Source: Octopus sinensis (taxonomy: Eukaryota). From it: a stretch of 64,000 nt of DNA. The stretch's first letter is position 1, and each line of letters starts with the position of its first letter. The position numbers and the translations under genes were made by a program. Where the stretch lies: assembly GCF_006345805.1 (NCBI RefSeq), contig NC_042997.1, forward strand, positions 122,140,001 to 122,204,000, read 5' to 3'. The notes under the pieces are model-generated. The model made no database searches and had not been told where the DNA came from. It saw only the letters and a list, made by a program, of their open reading frames with translations. Of this stretch, positions 1 to 15,056 are shown piece by piece.

Positions 1-39
1 TTATTCGATTATTGAACTGTTACTTATTCGTCGATTACA

Positions 40-196
40 TTGACTTCGGTAGTAAACTGGTAATTATTTTATCGACCCCAAAAGAATGAATGGTGAAGTC
101 GACCTCGCTGGAATTTGAACTTAGAAGGTAAAGACCGATGAAATGCCGCTAAGCATTTTGTCTGACATGTTAACGATTCTGTAAGCCCACAGCCTT
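40..196 (-). mobile_element. SINE family B, partial
   Basis: Reverse complement of the family B body (atcgacccc..gtcgacctc..gaatttgaac). Confidence 0.75.
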
Positions 197-1328
197 AAGA
201 CATCTCAGTTATAGAAAAGAATTAACTGATGATTCGCGTCAGGTATAAAAATGCCGACATCGTGACAGCTGCTGAATGTTGTGTGAAAGGTGTAAGACGT
301 AACGGACCTGTTACAGACTGTTCCAACGGAGATTACGATGTCGTGCCAGCAAGAAGTGACACAGCTGGGGTTGTGATCGCGTCCATACACCGGAGTTCAC
401 CCACAACAATTTTTTCACAGTACCTTAGACTCAATTCAAATGACTACGTGGGGCTGGTAGAGACCAGTCGCACCAAGCCGAGAGATTGTTGCTGCTGGAA
501 GACCATGTGTGTGATAGCAGGATTCAGTTCCTTGTCATACCTCCAGAAAGAGTTAAATGTGGTTGTCCGAGGGTTACTATAACTTCACTAACCTCACTTT
601 CTAGTCTCTTATGTAATCCGATTATAATCTTATGGATCAGTTCATGTAGAGTAACACACCATTCGCTCCGCTACAACATCAAGCCCAAACTGGTGGCAAT
701 GGAAAACCTACCCAGGAAGGCAGTTAGGAACGCATGCACTAGGTTGGCTACTTTGAGTAAACTGTTATCTCCAACCATCCCCTGGTTGATAATTTTTGAT
801 TATTTAAAACACTATATTTTTGGATGGGAGATTGTATTTTCTTTCCTTTCAAGGCAAGTTGTCAAATTTCGCCCGAACACACTACGATAATGCATTGCAA
901 ATTTTTAAAACTCAAATATTCATGATGCTGATTACAATCTAATCGGCAATATCCATACTAAATTCCTCAATACCAATCTACCTCTCACTTTAGTCCATTT
1001 ATGTCCTTGGGCATTTTGATTTCGTTACAACAATTCTGGAAATAGTTTGCTTTTGGGTAATTCAGATCCTTTAATCATTAGTCATAGAAGTGATCAAATC
1101 AACATATTTAGATAAGATATGAATTCTGATTAGATTCGTAACAAAACAACAATTAGAATGTGAACAGTTATGAATATGCTAAAGTTTGACAAAAATTCTA
1201 TTTGATGAGATGCAGCAAGTTATTATTGCGCCTAGTCATTAACGTGACTTCTCTTATTTTGTATTTACTATTTTTTATTACACATTTATTATTTTAAAAT
1301 ATATTAACGGAATAAAATATGTCAAAAT

Positions 1329-1627
1329 GGTGAAGACCCCCTTCGGTAGTGAATGATTTCTAAGCAAAAGTGCAGGAAAGATTGTTTATAGAGGCCTGGT
1401 AGTCACCTATGCACACCAGTCTCCCCTCTCCACGTCACAAGGGAATGCAAAAGCTGATACATCTTGGTATCAGTGATGTCACAACTCATTTCTACAGATG
1501 AGTGAACTGAAGCAACGTAAAACAAAATATCTTGCTCAAGCACACTACACATAGCCCGTTCCGGGAATCGAACTCACTACCACAAGATTGTGAGTTCGAC
1601 GCTCCAACCACAGATCCATTCACCTTC
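1329..1627 (-). mobile_element. tRNA-derived SINE family C
   Basis: Minus-strand head with A-box-like tggatctgtggttgg and B-box gagttcgattccc; body resembles 55417-55740. Confidence 0.75.
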
Positions 1628-4600
1628 TCAGGTAAAAAAACTAAGTTACCCTGTGATTAAAAATTCCTATCCTTAGCAGTCACAGTATTTTCAATTATGA
1701 GTGAAGTTAGCAGAGCTCTATTTTGGTTTGGTGCATGATATCAACAAAATACACAGGAATACTTATAAAATTAGTCCATATGCTATTATCGTCTTATCTA
1801 TTTTTTATATAGACACACAGCGCGAATTTAACTGTCGATTACATCGTACCAGTACACAACTGGGATTTATTTTATTGTCACTACTAATTTTATTGCCTCT
1901 AAAATGACGAAAGCATTTATTGCCTCTAAATGGAGTTTTAATAAGCATTGTTACACAGTTTTACAAATCGCCATCCAGGCTGTTTTCGAAAGGATATATA
2001 TCATAGTATATTTATAACAAAAAATAAGCTTCCTCTATCGCAAGTAGGTTAGTACATTTCGTACTGACATGAATTGAAAGTAACTGAATGTTACATTTAA
2101 TTAAGCAGTCTCTTTCATTCAATTATAGTTCACTCTCGTGCTATTATGGTATCTAGCAGCATAGATAATAAAGGGGTTGCTAACAGAAAAATGGTACAAA
2201 TGAAACATGTTAAATTACATTATTGTTGTGTCCTTACTTATTCATCTAGATACATTTTCTTTTTGATCAATAGTAACATCATGCGTTATTTTGAATCAAA
2301 AGTAATGACAGGGTTTGTTACAACTGTATGACTCCATGTTAATTCGAATAGAACAAGTGTAAGACAGATAAGTATTGGACCGAAAGACTAGGTGCGACAC
2401 AGAAACTTTTTGTTCTAGTTATGCATGGAAAAACTTAAGTCAAAATTGCCTTAAATAATTTAATTCTCAAAGTAACCATTTTCTGACGAACTAACGCCCA
2501 CATTAATATGCTAGTAAATGATATATTTGTTATTTTATTGATTTTGATTCAATATGCAAAGGTCAGACTAGAGACAATACAAACACAATAGTTAATTTCT
2601 GAAATGGTGATACTCAATAATTGTATTTAAATTCGATATTAAACAACATGCTATGATTCTATGATCAGCTTCACTTCCAACCCCCAAAACATAAATTGAA
2701 TTTTGTTTCAACACAGACGCGGCAACAGAATAGTGATATTGCTACAAAATTACCTCCCAGGGAATAAAGAACATAAAAATAATCAATCAATAGTGTTAGG
2801 TAAATTGTATTATGTAACAATTAGGCTTTGTGTCCTACATTTCTTAATAACATTAAGCTTGTTGTAAAGAGTTAAATATTTCTCGTCGAATCAAATTAAA
2901 ATTGACTGGACTTTGATTGACCTTAGGATATTAGAGAATTTTAAATTCATTAGAGTTAAACTAATATTAGTTTTAGGCTACTATTAGTTTGAAAGAAATA
3001 CTTTTTACTAATATTAAGATTAGATTCAATACTAAAAAATATTGATTAACATATTCACATGGGAACTAATTTATAGAATACTACTTTCCGTAAACTTAAT
3101 TTTTGGAATGAAAAGAAGAAAAAAATCAAAATTAAAGAGAAAAGAAAATGAGGCATTCTGAGGTTGGCTTATTTCTGTTAACGAGGTGTATTATTTATGG
3201 TCAGCAAAGACAGTTCCCCATGGGGATTATAAAAAATTATCAAATGAATTAATATTTGATAAAAAACATAAGGTTTTATAAGAAATCAGTTATATATTTC
3301 GATTCATTTCAGGTCATAAACAATTACACAGTAAAAAAAAAAAAAGCTCGCCCCTGTATTGATTGTGACTGTTGTATCGTATAACGTGGTAAAACGTTTA
3401 GTCGTATATCTACGTTTCAGCAACTGACTTTTCATTGCATCACAATCCAGATGTCGATTCTTAAAGCGATATCTTGATAGCAATTCCACGATATAACTAC
3501 TTCACCTTTGAACAGGCAATATCTAATGACTTAACAATCAAACAAGCAAATTAGTGCGTAATTTTTCCCCTCCAGCTAATATTGAAGGGCAATATTTCGA
3601 ATTTCAGACATTAATTAAAGGGCAAGGATAAATTCTGTTCTGAACAAAGAAAAGATACTAATATGTAGTCTAGTAATATTATAACCTAACAGGTGTTATT
3701 TGTTTCGATTCTTAGAATTTAACATTTCCATGTAATATATAGATGTCGCCAGCTAGTGACAATTTTGGCCTTTATATACTAGAGGCAGACATACAACTGT
3801 CACTGAGGTCGACTTGTTACATCCTTTGCGTCAGGCGAACGGTATATCAATCGTTTCAGTTTATCCATCGATCGATCGATCCGTCGATCCATCCATCCAT
3901 TAATCCATCCATCTATCCACCCATACATGCATGTGCATATACCTATCTCCCAGCCTAGCTATATTTCTCAATTACCTACACAATTATCCACACTTATTTA
4001 TCTCTCAATCTATCACCACCTATACACATATATACTTAGATTCTATACAAACTTTACTTAGAAGCATTTTATTTGTATCTTAATATTCCATTTTACAAAT
4101 TGCTAAGCTTCCTTTTATAAAACAGTTAACGGTTATAGCCATTTAGAAACACCTTAATACATATCGATATTTATATTTAACGAGAATGAGATCAAATGAT
4201 AATTTTACATCTTTTTATTTAAGTATTTTCCTTCATCTCATCTTTCTTCATTTCATTTATCATTCAACCACACTCATTTCAGCTTTATAGGGTTGGTCAT
4301 TCCCCAAGATCTTAATGTTAGGTATTGCAAAATGATCTTAGGTTAACATACATTATCGCATATAGTTCTCTCTCATAGGAAATATTGATAATTGCAGGTA
4401 AAATTCCACAACCCCCATAAAATTTATTATACACGCCAATTTCTTTTAAATTATATTTTGTTTCCGATAGTCTGTATTAAACTGCCAGCGGTATATGCAG
4501 ACAATTTATTCAAACCCAGGCCACATTTTACTAGCAAAGTTAATAACTCGTCTATTTGCTCTTGGTGTCAAAGTCACATTTGCTTCCTCTTTGCAAAATT

Positions 4601-4915
4601 AAAGTATCAAATATTTGTTTTTATTTTTAAGTGGGGCAACGCTGTTGGTTCATTATTTAAAATACCAGTTCAACATACATTTGTAGAAAATGTGTTGCCA
4701 CTATTAGTTTCTCTCAGGTTTCACATTTCATTTTGAATAACAATCTGTTCACCACTTGGTTATTCGGCAACCAATACTTCTCCATGTGTCATGATACGCC
4801 AAATGATACACTCTACGTATATCTTCATCTCAAATTCTGATGTCTTGCTTTGATATGTATATGTATGCATGTATTTATGTAAGTATGGTTGCGTATATAC
4901 ATTTATAAGTGTATG

Positions 4916-4960
<45 letters not shown>

Positions 4961-7900
4961 GCATGTATGTGTGCGTGTATAAATATGTGTGTGTATGCAT
5001 GTGTGTGTGTGTGTGTATCAGGAGATTCATTCATGCATTATACGAATAAAATCATGTTTTAATAAATTTAAAATTATTTTCTTTGGAAGTATGTTTATAT
5101 ATTCTAATCATACATTGATATCCAAATATCATAGGAATATTATATTTGCAAATACAAATCCAATAAAATATTTCACAACCCAGCTTAATATAATCATTGA
5201 ACGTTTTTACTGAGTGTGCATTTAGAGGTATTATTATGTGTAAAGAAGGAAGCTGTTGTTAATGTATACGTTCTTTGGATTATCAACTAAACTTTGTAAA
5301 CATTTAAACTTTATGATGCATCCTTATCATTCATCACAATCACAAAATGTATCGGATCACCTTAAAGTATGTGTTAAGGGGAATTATGTAATAACAAATA
5401 ACGATGGGAGAGCACGTGATAGAATAATAAGGTTAAAAGCAAACAAAATAACAACATTAGTTGTGGTATATCTTTACTTCGAATCTATATTTCGAGCGTG
5501 AAATATATGTTATCACGATATTGAAGAATAACAAAATATTATCTGTATATGCGTGCTGTACAAATAAATAAAAATGAAAATAAATAAATAAAGATGAATT
5601 TTACTTTTATTAGAAAAAAAAAATTATGTAATGTAACACCAATGTGAGCAAAAATATAATAAAATAAAATAACTACAACACAAAGGGTTTCTAAATGGGT
5701 TTTAGAGGAAGCTCTATTAAATAAACATTAATTGCTATAATGTGTCAGTTTTTGAAGATTTATGCATCCAATATCAGATAAATGGTGGATTATGATATTA
5801 TATAAGGTTCTAATATACACAAAATTACCATACTGGAAAGAATACGGTAGTTTTGGAAGAATTTAAGGTAAATAAGTAAAACTTCAAAGTATATTATAGG
5901 ATGAAGAAGGCATTTAATAATGATCAGAAATAGGACAAACACTCACTGATCTAAAAGTTTTATAAAATTATTTTGTATATAAAGTCATTACTGGAAACAT
6001 TATGAAGAACACCAAAAGTCAATGATAATGAAGTCAACGTTTCAGTGAATATTAATATCTTTAGAAAATTTCACATAATGATGAAGATATTGCAGTGAAT
6101 TGCATTGAAATATGTGTTAATTATTCAGAAATTGAGACATTCCAAATATAAATCTAATTAATATACGTTACATGTTCTGTAGCTTCTTTTATATTTCGAT
6201 TCGGTAAAATTAAACGCTAATTAGCGCTTCTCTGATTACATAACTCAATATCTATATTTACGCTATATAAGTATTCATTGATTAATGATGTCTCGTAAGC
6301 GTTAATTTCCTATCTACTATTTGGTTACTACACAAATCAACAGAAATTAGAATAATAACTTTCCTGCTCTTTCAGGGATTGCAGACGAAGGGAGACAAGA
6401 CCCACCTTTCCATAGCATATATTTCCTGATATTAGTTAATTGGGTTCTATAATGTGTTCCGAGATAATTTGAAAAGAAAGCTGTACATTTTCTTTTTAAG
6501 ACATATATTGTTTGAGCCTTGTCGTGAAATATAAATATAATGATATATTTTATACTGGGGTGAAAAAGCGAAATCGATCAGAATAGTTTCTACTTTTCGT
6601 TGAGGTCCATCTCCCCAACGGAGAGATAAATAGCAAGCCTAAACGTCTATTCCTGTTAAGAAAATTGAATTTTTCATGCTGCCCTCTAACTATTTTTACA
6701 TGCTTGCGTGCACATTATGAGCGTATCGTCTCAGTAACACTCCCACATAGTGTACGTGTGAAACACCTTATGATAACAGTGACAGACAGTGTAAGAGAAA
6801 GTGACAGTCTGTATAGATAGACAGATTAAATGAGAGACTGAAAAAGCGAGGACGAGTAAGAGAGAGGAAGAAAGAAGGAGAGGAAGAAGATGAAGATATA
6901 GATAGACAGACAGAGGGAGGGGGAAAGTAAAAGACAACGTTTTAGAATTAAATAAAAGTAACTTGTTGTTAAATAAAAGTAACGAGGAAAAGTGAGAAGA
7001 ACTAAAAGATTCGGGGAAAGCAAACTGCAGCAGATTTCTGTCGCCGTTCGTTTTATTCGGCTTCTAACAACTTCAAAGATGCAGTTGCTGTTGATGAAAC
7101 TAGTACGTTACTTTAGTTGTTAACCAATGTATTATGCGACGACCGGATGATAACCCATCAAAAAGAAGACAGGATGTAAGTGCAGATGAGAAAAAAAAAA
7201 CAAGTAAAAGCTTTAAAAATAGAATAAAGGGAACGAAACAAGCTGCTAGACGCGATAACATTGGATAAACGACAAAAGGGTTTGATGTAAGACGAGAAAG
7301 CGAAAAGTAGTTCGGAGCGGCAAGTTGAGATAAGAGAAATAAATATTAAGACAATGCAGAAAGAAAAGAAGAAAGAATAGCGCGACTAATGCAGGCGCCT
7401 ACAGAGAATATTCAAAACTGTTAAGAAAATGTGACTAGCGTGGTTTTGGGTGTAAAATATGATTTAGTTTTATGATGAAATAATACAATGAAATACTCGC
7501 TTGTAACCTGTGAAAGAAATAAAACAAAATTAAGGCCTACAAGGTGAATACGGACATAGTGCATAGAACAATATGTATAAAGGGAACTTAGAAGTCATAT
7601 TTATTATTGTTTTTTTTTCGTTTTAATCTAATTTTATTTTCAAGAGAGATGCAAATAATAATTATTGTTCGTTCTTCTTCCTTGTTAATTTCATTTCCCG
7701 GTAGATTAGAAGAAAAGTGATTACATAAACTGTAGAGAAATGAGAATGATTGCAGTTTCAAGATGAACAAGAACTTAATATTCCAAAAGCCATTGCGCCA
7801 GTAAATTAAAAGAGTTGTCTTATTATATGAACAATACTACTTCTTTGAAAACATCGGGCAGTTTTCATATTGGATGCCATCTAAGATGTACGGGTTTTAC

Positions 7901-8189
7901 CAAAAGACAAACAAAAATGGGGGAAAAATCATTCCAAATCCTACATACGAAGTTGGGCCGCCCTCAATCTAATTTTTGTCTCTGACGCTCACTTTTTCAT
8001 GAATAGGCGGTCTAATATGCCCACGCGTCTTTTATGCCATCAAATACGATAGGTATTTTGAATGGGTACACACAGACAGACGATTGAATGCATGTATGCT
8101 AACATACACATACTGATTACTATAAAACAAATGAACAAGCAAACATATATACAAGCATACATACACACATACATGCATACATAAATACG

Positions 8190-8253
<64 letters not shown>

Positions 8254-8289
8254 CATACGGTAGGCTCTCTTGTGGAAGACGACTTATGG

Positions 8290-8555
8290 GTATTAAGCTT
8301 TTACCAAATGACCTGCTCAAATGATTTGTTTATAGTGATCACATGTTCGCACCGCACATTATTTCACTCTCTCCATCAAAGTGACGTTGTCTGAACAGGT
8401 GCTCAGTGCATCATGCGTCAGGTGTCGAAATGATTACAGAGCAACGTTAAGTGGAGTGTTTTGCTTAAGAACACAAGGCGCTACCCGGCCTGGGAATCGA
8501 AACCGCGATCGCTAGATCGCGAGAGAAACACGCAAACAACTAGGCAACACACAGA
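8290..8555 (-). mobile_element. tRNA-derived SINE family D
   Basis: B-box ggtttcgattccc; body homologous to 53090-53310 (gatcactataaacaaat). Confidence 0.7.
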
Positions 8556-9768
8556 GAAGCGACAAAAAGTGCACTGAAAAATATATGATGGGGGATTTAA
8601 ACAACTTGTGCTACCATATTGTGATATATACATGCGTTATTCAAAAACTCATAGACGTACTCCTTGTGAAATTTCGAATAATGCATGTTCAAATTGCACA
8701 ATGTGAATGCATACAAGTACACACACACACACACCACACACACACACACACACACTCACGGGGGCATGTATGGAGCTGGTCTCAGTTGCTGTTCGGTAAT
8801 TAAGATACACAGTCTAAAAGCAGAGATAATTTTAAAAGTCAAACAATTATGTTGTATAATATTTAATATTACTGTTCTTATCTTTTGAAAGACATGCCAC
8901 CGGCCACTATGAGTCATTTCTTTGAGTTCATTTTTGTTTACACTTTATACACGTATGCAGATATGAGTGTGTGGAAGAAGAACGAAGAATATGAGTGTGT
9001 GTGTGTGTTGTGTGTGTGTGTGTGTGTGTGTCATATTTTTGACACTAACGTCGAAGCTTAAACAGAAGTCGTTTAACTGCACCGTCAGTTTGAATTAACG
9101 CATCATCACGGAGGATACATCTATGAACCAATTATAGTAAGTATTAGCTCTACAAATGCAGTCAGAATGCATGAGTATCTATCCCATGTATTCATATATA
9201 CACGCATGCACGCAGACAATACATACTTAAATGCATACATACATACATACATACGTAAACACCCTGTTGGTGATGTTGATATTCCAATGGTGGAGCCCTG
9301 GATCTAGGTTAGATCTTTCGCTGTTGGTAAGGAATATTGAAATAAAACTGAATAATGACATACATACTCACATACATAGATACATACACACACACATGCA
9401 TACATTCATAAAAAAATACACAAATGGTTCATTAGGCCGCATGTCTTTAATAGATATTAAAAAAAAACCACATAAAATCTGTGAATGTTATCAAATTTTA
9501 GATACGCGCCATTCAAAATGATCCATCATGTGTGCTATGTTACATTTGACAGTTGTTAGGGTGTTTGATAGAATTGTGTTGAGGTGTGTACTCGGAATCT
9601 GTGTTCTCTGAGTTGATACCCTCATGGGATAAATGTTTGTCATTCCTCTTCTCGGTTTCAATGAATAAAAAGCCAGAATTGAATGAAATGTTCTGTAGCA
9701 GTCTTAATATCTCGATAACTTCCTAATGCTACATAAGACAGACATCTTACACTTTTGTACATTCATCG

Positions 9769-9818
<50 letters not shown>

Positions 9819-10157
9819 TACAGGACATCATAAAACATAGATAACATGAAATACGAAAACAACATGAAATAGGAAGTCAAACTTGGGTATGCTAACAACG
9901 GGAGAAACAAATGGAAACTAAGAAAACTAACAGAAAGATCGATCCATCATCAGTTGTCGACTGTTCACCTCTCCACTTTGTCGTTAATTGCGCGAAATAT
10001 AGAGTAGATGAACAGCCAACAACTGATAATGGGTCATTCTTTCTGTTACTTGTTTTGTCTTTCATTTGTTTCTCTCGTTGTTCGCATGCCCAAGTTTGCC
10101 TTCGCATTTCATGTTGTTTTTCTACTTGATGTCGTTTACGTTTTCTGAAGTCCTGTA
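9819..10157. mobile_element. Foldback (inverted-repeat) element in (TA)n, MITE- or PLE-derived
   Basis: Left arm tacaggacatcataaaac...ctgttcacctctc is an imperfect reverse complement of right arm gagtagatgaacag...gaagtcctgta; short spacer; TA flanks. Confidence 0.7.
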
Positions 10158-11783
10158 CCTATATATATATATGAGATCAACAAACTATGCTCTAATTTAA
10201 TTAACTTCTATGTCTTTGTGCAGCAGAAGATTGCTCTGCATTCTAAATTAATGTAACGATTGCATTGTTCAATTAAATTGCGTTGCATGAAACGATCGTA
10301 TTGCATTACATCTGGATATCCTTGTTGCTTATTTTGATATATATTTGCAATCTATGTATCCAGAATATATGCAAAGTGGTATATGGCAGACATGCTATGC
10401 AGCGCATTTCTTCTAATCGGCTGCCAAATAATGAAATATTATGTATATATCTTACTGACCCTCAAAACACCCCTACCGTGACTGTTTGGTAAGGAAATTG
10501 TCTGCATTCGTTGCCTCCTCAGGCAGCGTGTTGTTTTTTCTTCAACTACAACACCCTTTGCTTCTCTGAATTAACTAATATCCTACCACTTGCGTTCAAA
10601 CCAACATAGTTAACTCCCCTTTTCTCCTCGTAGCCATATTATTTCTGCACTGAAGCACAATATTCATATCTTCTTGCAATTCTTTTTCCAACCCTTTAGA
10701 AACGCACCCTTCAATCCTTGTTATACCAGTAACATACAATTTGCACTTGACGAGATCATCAACCGTTTTGATTGGTTAGGGTTTTAAATTTTAAATAAAT
10801 ATATTTTACATCAAATACGTTCGCATCTTCTTCATTCAAATTACATATTAACTATTTTTGAGATGTTATTAAAGGAAAACGTGTATTCTATGCGATATAT
10901 TTAGTTCTTTTATATATTTAAATTCTTATTTCGAAATTGTAATGAAGGTAATTAGTTTTCATCAACCGCTTCCTATAATTATGGTTTAAACAGGTAGAAG
11001 GTGGCGAAGGTATTTTTATATATGTGTTCGGCTTAATGAAAATTATATTTCAAAAAACGACAAAACTGAGTAATGGATGATTATATATTAAATATTAATA
11101 AAAAGAGTCTTTTGGAGTTTCATACCAAATTTAGTAATTCTATAAAATGCAATAAATATGTTATCTTATTTCTAGAATTCCATTAAATTCTTAATTTCAG
11201 AATTAATACAATTTACATACAACTGTTGTGAAGATGATCATTAAAAGAATATAATATTTGTTGAAATAATTATTCATTTCAGGAAGTAACGTTTAATTAC
11301 ATGCTAAGTAAATAGACGTTGGCACTGCTAATAATAAATTGCTATTGATTTGGTTAACAGGTAAAACGTTTGCTAGTTTTAAATGTGAATTAATGTCTAT
11401 TTTTTTGTTATAGTTAAGAAGGGGCTAACTTAATTAATATAGTGAGCCAAACAAATCTTTAATCAATTAAAATTACGTCCTAAATAAAGAAAATAAAGTA
11501 ATTAGCATTAATAACAATTACTATCAAGAATATCAAATGAGACAACTCCGAAATCCAAAGTGATTAAAAATTGAATATCAAAATAGTTTGCCAAAATCTG
11601 TGATGAAAGGAAAGTTATTTTCTGGAGATCAACCCTCAGGAACTCAATAAAAGTTAATTTTCCAGTTTATCCAATAATTCTCACACTTCTTTACAAGAAT
11701 CACTTTTTCTGAAACTTTTTCCAATTCAATTAAAACTATATCAATTTTATACTTAGTTTACAAATAAGAAACAAACACACACA

Positions 11784-11826
<43 letters not shown>

Positions 11827-11904
11827 GAGAGAGAGAGAGAGAGTGAGAGAGAGGGAGGGAGGGAGAGTGGGGGGAGAGGTAACCAAAGCAATAGAGTAAT
11901 ATGA

Positions 11905-12141
11905 GGGCGGCGAGCTGGCAGAAACGTTAGCACGCCGGATGAAATCCTTAGCGGTATTTCGTCTGTCGTTACGTTGTGAGTTCAAATTCCGCCGAGGCTG
12001 ACTTTGCCTTTCATCCTTTCGGGGTTGATAAATTAAGTACCAGTTATGCACTGGGGTCGATGTAATCGACTTAATCCCTTTGTTTCTCCTTGTTTGTCCC
12101 CTCTACGTTTAGTCCCTTCTGGGCAATAAATAAATAAGAAA
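11905..12141 (+). mobile_element. SINE family B, full length
   Basis: ggcggcgagctggcagaaacgttagc...gagttcaaattcc...A-rich tail. Confidence 0.85.
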
Positions 12142-13024
12142 ATAGAGTAATCGAGAAATATTAATAATGTGCTGCGACATGTATCTCGTTACTGCCAACG
12201 TAACCCTTGCTCTCCATTTTTCACCGATCGATAAATCAAGCACTTATCAGATATTAAAGTTGTTATAATAAATTATATTCTCTCCAATGATAAGTTTGTC
12301 GTATTGTACCTATAGCAGATATCAAGAGGATTCTGGTATTGCAACAACTGATAGGACATTCATCCGTAATATTCTATACGTAGCACCTGCGTCGCATCTT
12401 AATCAACCAGGATAACCACGGTGAAGGTAAAACACTTATTGGTAGGATTCAGAGATGTGGACTGCAAAGACGCTAAATCTAAGAAATTGTAATAACGCAG
12501 AACTCCGAAAAATATTATGAATGTTTGTTTATTTTATTCCTCGAAGTAATTGGTAAATGCATAGAATATGTCTACATGGGAGATGCATGTATATACATGT
12601 GTGTGAATGCATATTTGTGTTTTGTTCCCTGTGTATGTATGTGTGCGCTTGTTTCGGCATATGTATATGTGTTTGTGACAGCATATATCAAAACTTCTGT
12701 AACTTAATAACTTGAGAACATATAAATTTATTTGCCTATTAAGAATTTAGTCTTTGCTTATCAGGTACAATGACCAGTGATAGACTGCCTTTTATTTATG
12801 TAAGGTGAACCGTAGGCGCGTTTCATCTTGTTCTCGCTAGAATATTATCCATTTATTAACATCTTCCGTAATTATTTGGTAACCTTCACTATAGATTGCG
12901 AAATACCCGTCTGTTGCAAAGTGCATTTTGTTTACTTATTTGAATTTATGCCTATTTATCATCAACAACAGTTTAACCATGTCTGGTTTCCCATTACACA
13001 ATCGAATTGTTTAAACATTGGTTT

Positions 13025-13222
13025 AAAGTTTGGCACAAGGCCAGCAAGATCGGAGTAAGTTGATTACATCTGCTCCAGTGCTCAGCTCAGCTGGTACTTA
13101 TATCATCGACTCCGAAAAGCCGAAGTCGACCGTAGCGAAATTTGAGCTCTGAACGAAAGTCAGATGAAATGTCACTAAATATTTTGCCCGTTGCGCTACC
13201 GATTCTCCTAGCTGACCACCTT
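13025..13222 (-). mobile_element. SINE family B variant, decayed
   Basis: ctggtactta..atcgactccgaaaag..aagtcgacc..aatttgagctc. Confidence 0.65.
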
Positions 13223-13924
13223 GAATTAGATACCTTTTGCACAATCATTATATACGACTGAGATTTAACAGGAAATATATTCTTATTTCTGCAATTAGAA
13301 TTAAATACAGTTGAAAGATTTATACAACCACATCTAATTTTTCATCTACACATTGCTGGTATTTTGAATTCTTTCCTTTTATATCGTTCTTTGCAGTTTT
13401 CTATTTCGAACAGTTCTGCGAAAATGTTAATCGCTTCGATCTACCCGAGTATAGAGGGGTGGGAAATTATGGTCCTTACTTCTGGCCAAATAGATAAAAA
13501 GATGATAATGACGATACAGGCGCATTATAACGATATTATGTCTTTTGTTGTGGAATAAGAAATAAATATCTTTGCATTGCAGATATCGCTTAAAGAAACT
13601 TATAACTGCTCAAACAATAACATTTGAACATAGACAGAAAGCAAATATGCTGTTTCTGTGATTATAAAGATTTAAAACATAAGCAAATCATTAATAATCT
13701 AAGAAAAAAGTCGCTATTTCTTCGAACATCTTAAATCCATGTTAATTAGGTTCCACTGGTCCGTGTCAGATCGATGGCAATTCACTACAAGCTCTCGTAT
13801 GATTGTGCATTCCTACAATCATTTGAAATACTCACTAACATATATTTATTCTTAGATTTTATTATTTTTTAACAAAATATAATATATAACATTATATTGT
13901 GCATATTTACTCAATCACAATAAT

Positions 13925-13950
13925 CAATACACATATATATATACATATAT

Positions 13951-13999
<49 letters not shown>

Positions 14000-14039
14000 T
14001 TATACATATATATATATATACATATATATATATACACTT

Positions 14040-14081
<42 letters not shown>

Positions 14082-14083
14082 TT

Positions 14084-14129
<46 letters not shown>

Positions 14130-14221
14130 TTATACATATATATATATATACACATACATATATACATATATATATACACATACATATATACATATACACA
14201 TATATACATATATATATATAC

Positions 14222-14252
<31 letters not shown>

Positions 14253-14260
14253 CACATATT
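13925..14260. repeat. Compound (TA)n/(CA)n microsatellite with a recurring CACTTATACAT unit
   Basis: Directly visible; source of several spurious ORFs. Confidence 0.9.
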
Positions 14261-14817
14261 TACACACACGTGTTTGTGTGTGTGAACGAGGTTACAAGCG
14301 AGGCACACAAAACGCACATATACACATCTACATACACAATACAAGGTATATGAAGATTTTTTTTTCTTTTTACGACTGCTTTGGAGATATAAGGCGTATA
14401 TACACATCTAAGTGATTAATAAATGGAAACTTCACTATAGGTTTGTGAAAATTAGAACTCAGGCAATGATAGTCTATATGTACAAGTAAATCAAAACTGA
14501 AACAATATTGAGCTGTTTTTCTGTTAATAATGACTTTCTAAATGGAAAAATTTAACTGTAGTTTATAGATATTGACGTTATATTTTGTTGTTTGGATGCT
14601 GCGGTAATGGTGGTGCTATTGTTCCGGCTCGCATTGTTGTACTTATAGTCGCTGAAAAGGCGAAGACATGACGCCAGTTTTGAAACATTAAAGTTATTAT
14701 TTCGTATTTTATTGACTTCACATCTTTATTCTATTAAATAGAAGTGGTTGAATGCCGAAGTGGCTTTGTTTCTTATCTCTTTTCATTATATATGTTTTTC
14801 AACGGTATGAATGAATG

Positions 14818-14857
<40 letters not shown>

Positions 14858-15013
14858 AATACACACCAACAAACGCACGCAGAAATAATATAAATATTCA
14901 TATATATGTATAAATACAGTTACATATGTATATGTCTGTGTATTTATATACGTACATACATACATATACGTACACACACACACACAGATACACGTACTTA
15001 TATACAAATGCTA

Positions 15014-15056
<43 letters not shown>

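Noticed and set aside
10470-10780. Possible LINE endonuclease relic on the minus strand
   Set aside because: The resemblance is too weak to support without a search.
13899-14407. Long YI/HT/CV/SIYL-rich ORFs here and throughout the ORF track
   Set aside because: They are translations of (TA)n, (CA)n and (TATC)n microsatellites.
14650-14690. CTGAAAA-GGCG..CGCC-AGTTTT-GAAAC
   Set aside because: Core mismatched and GAAA not adjacent to the stem.
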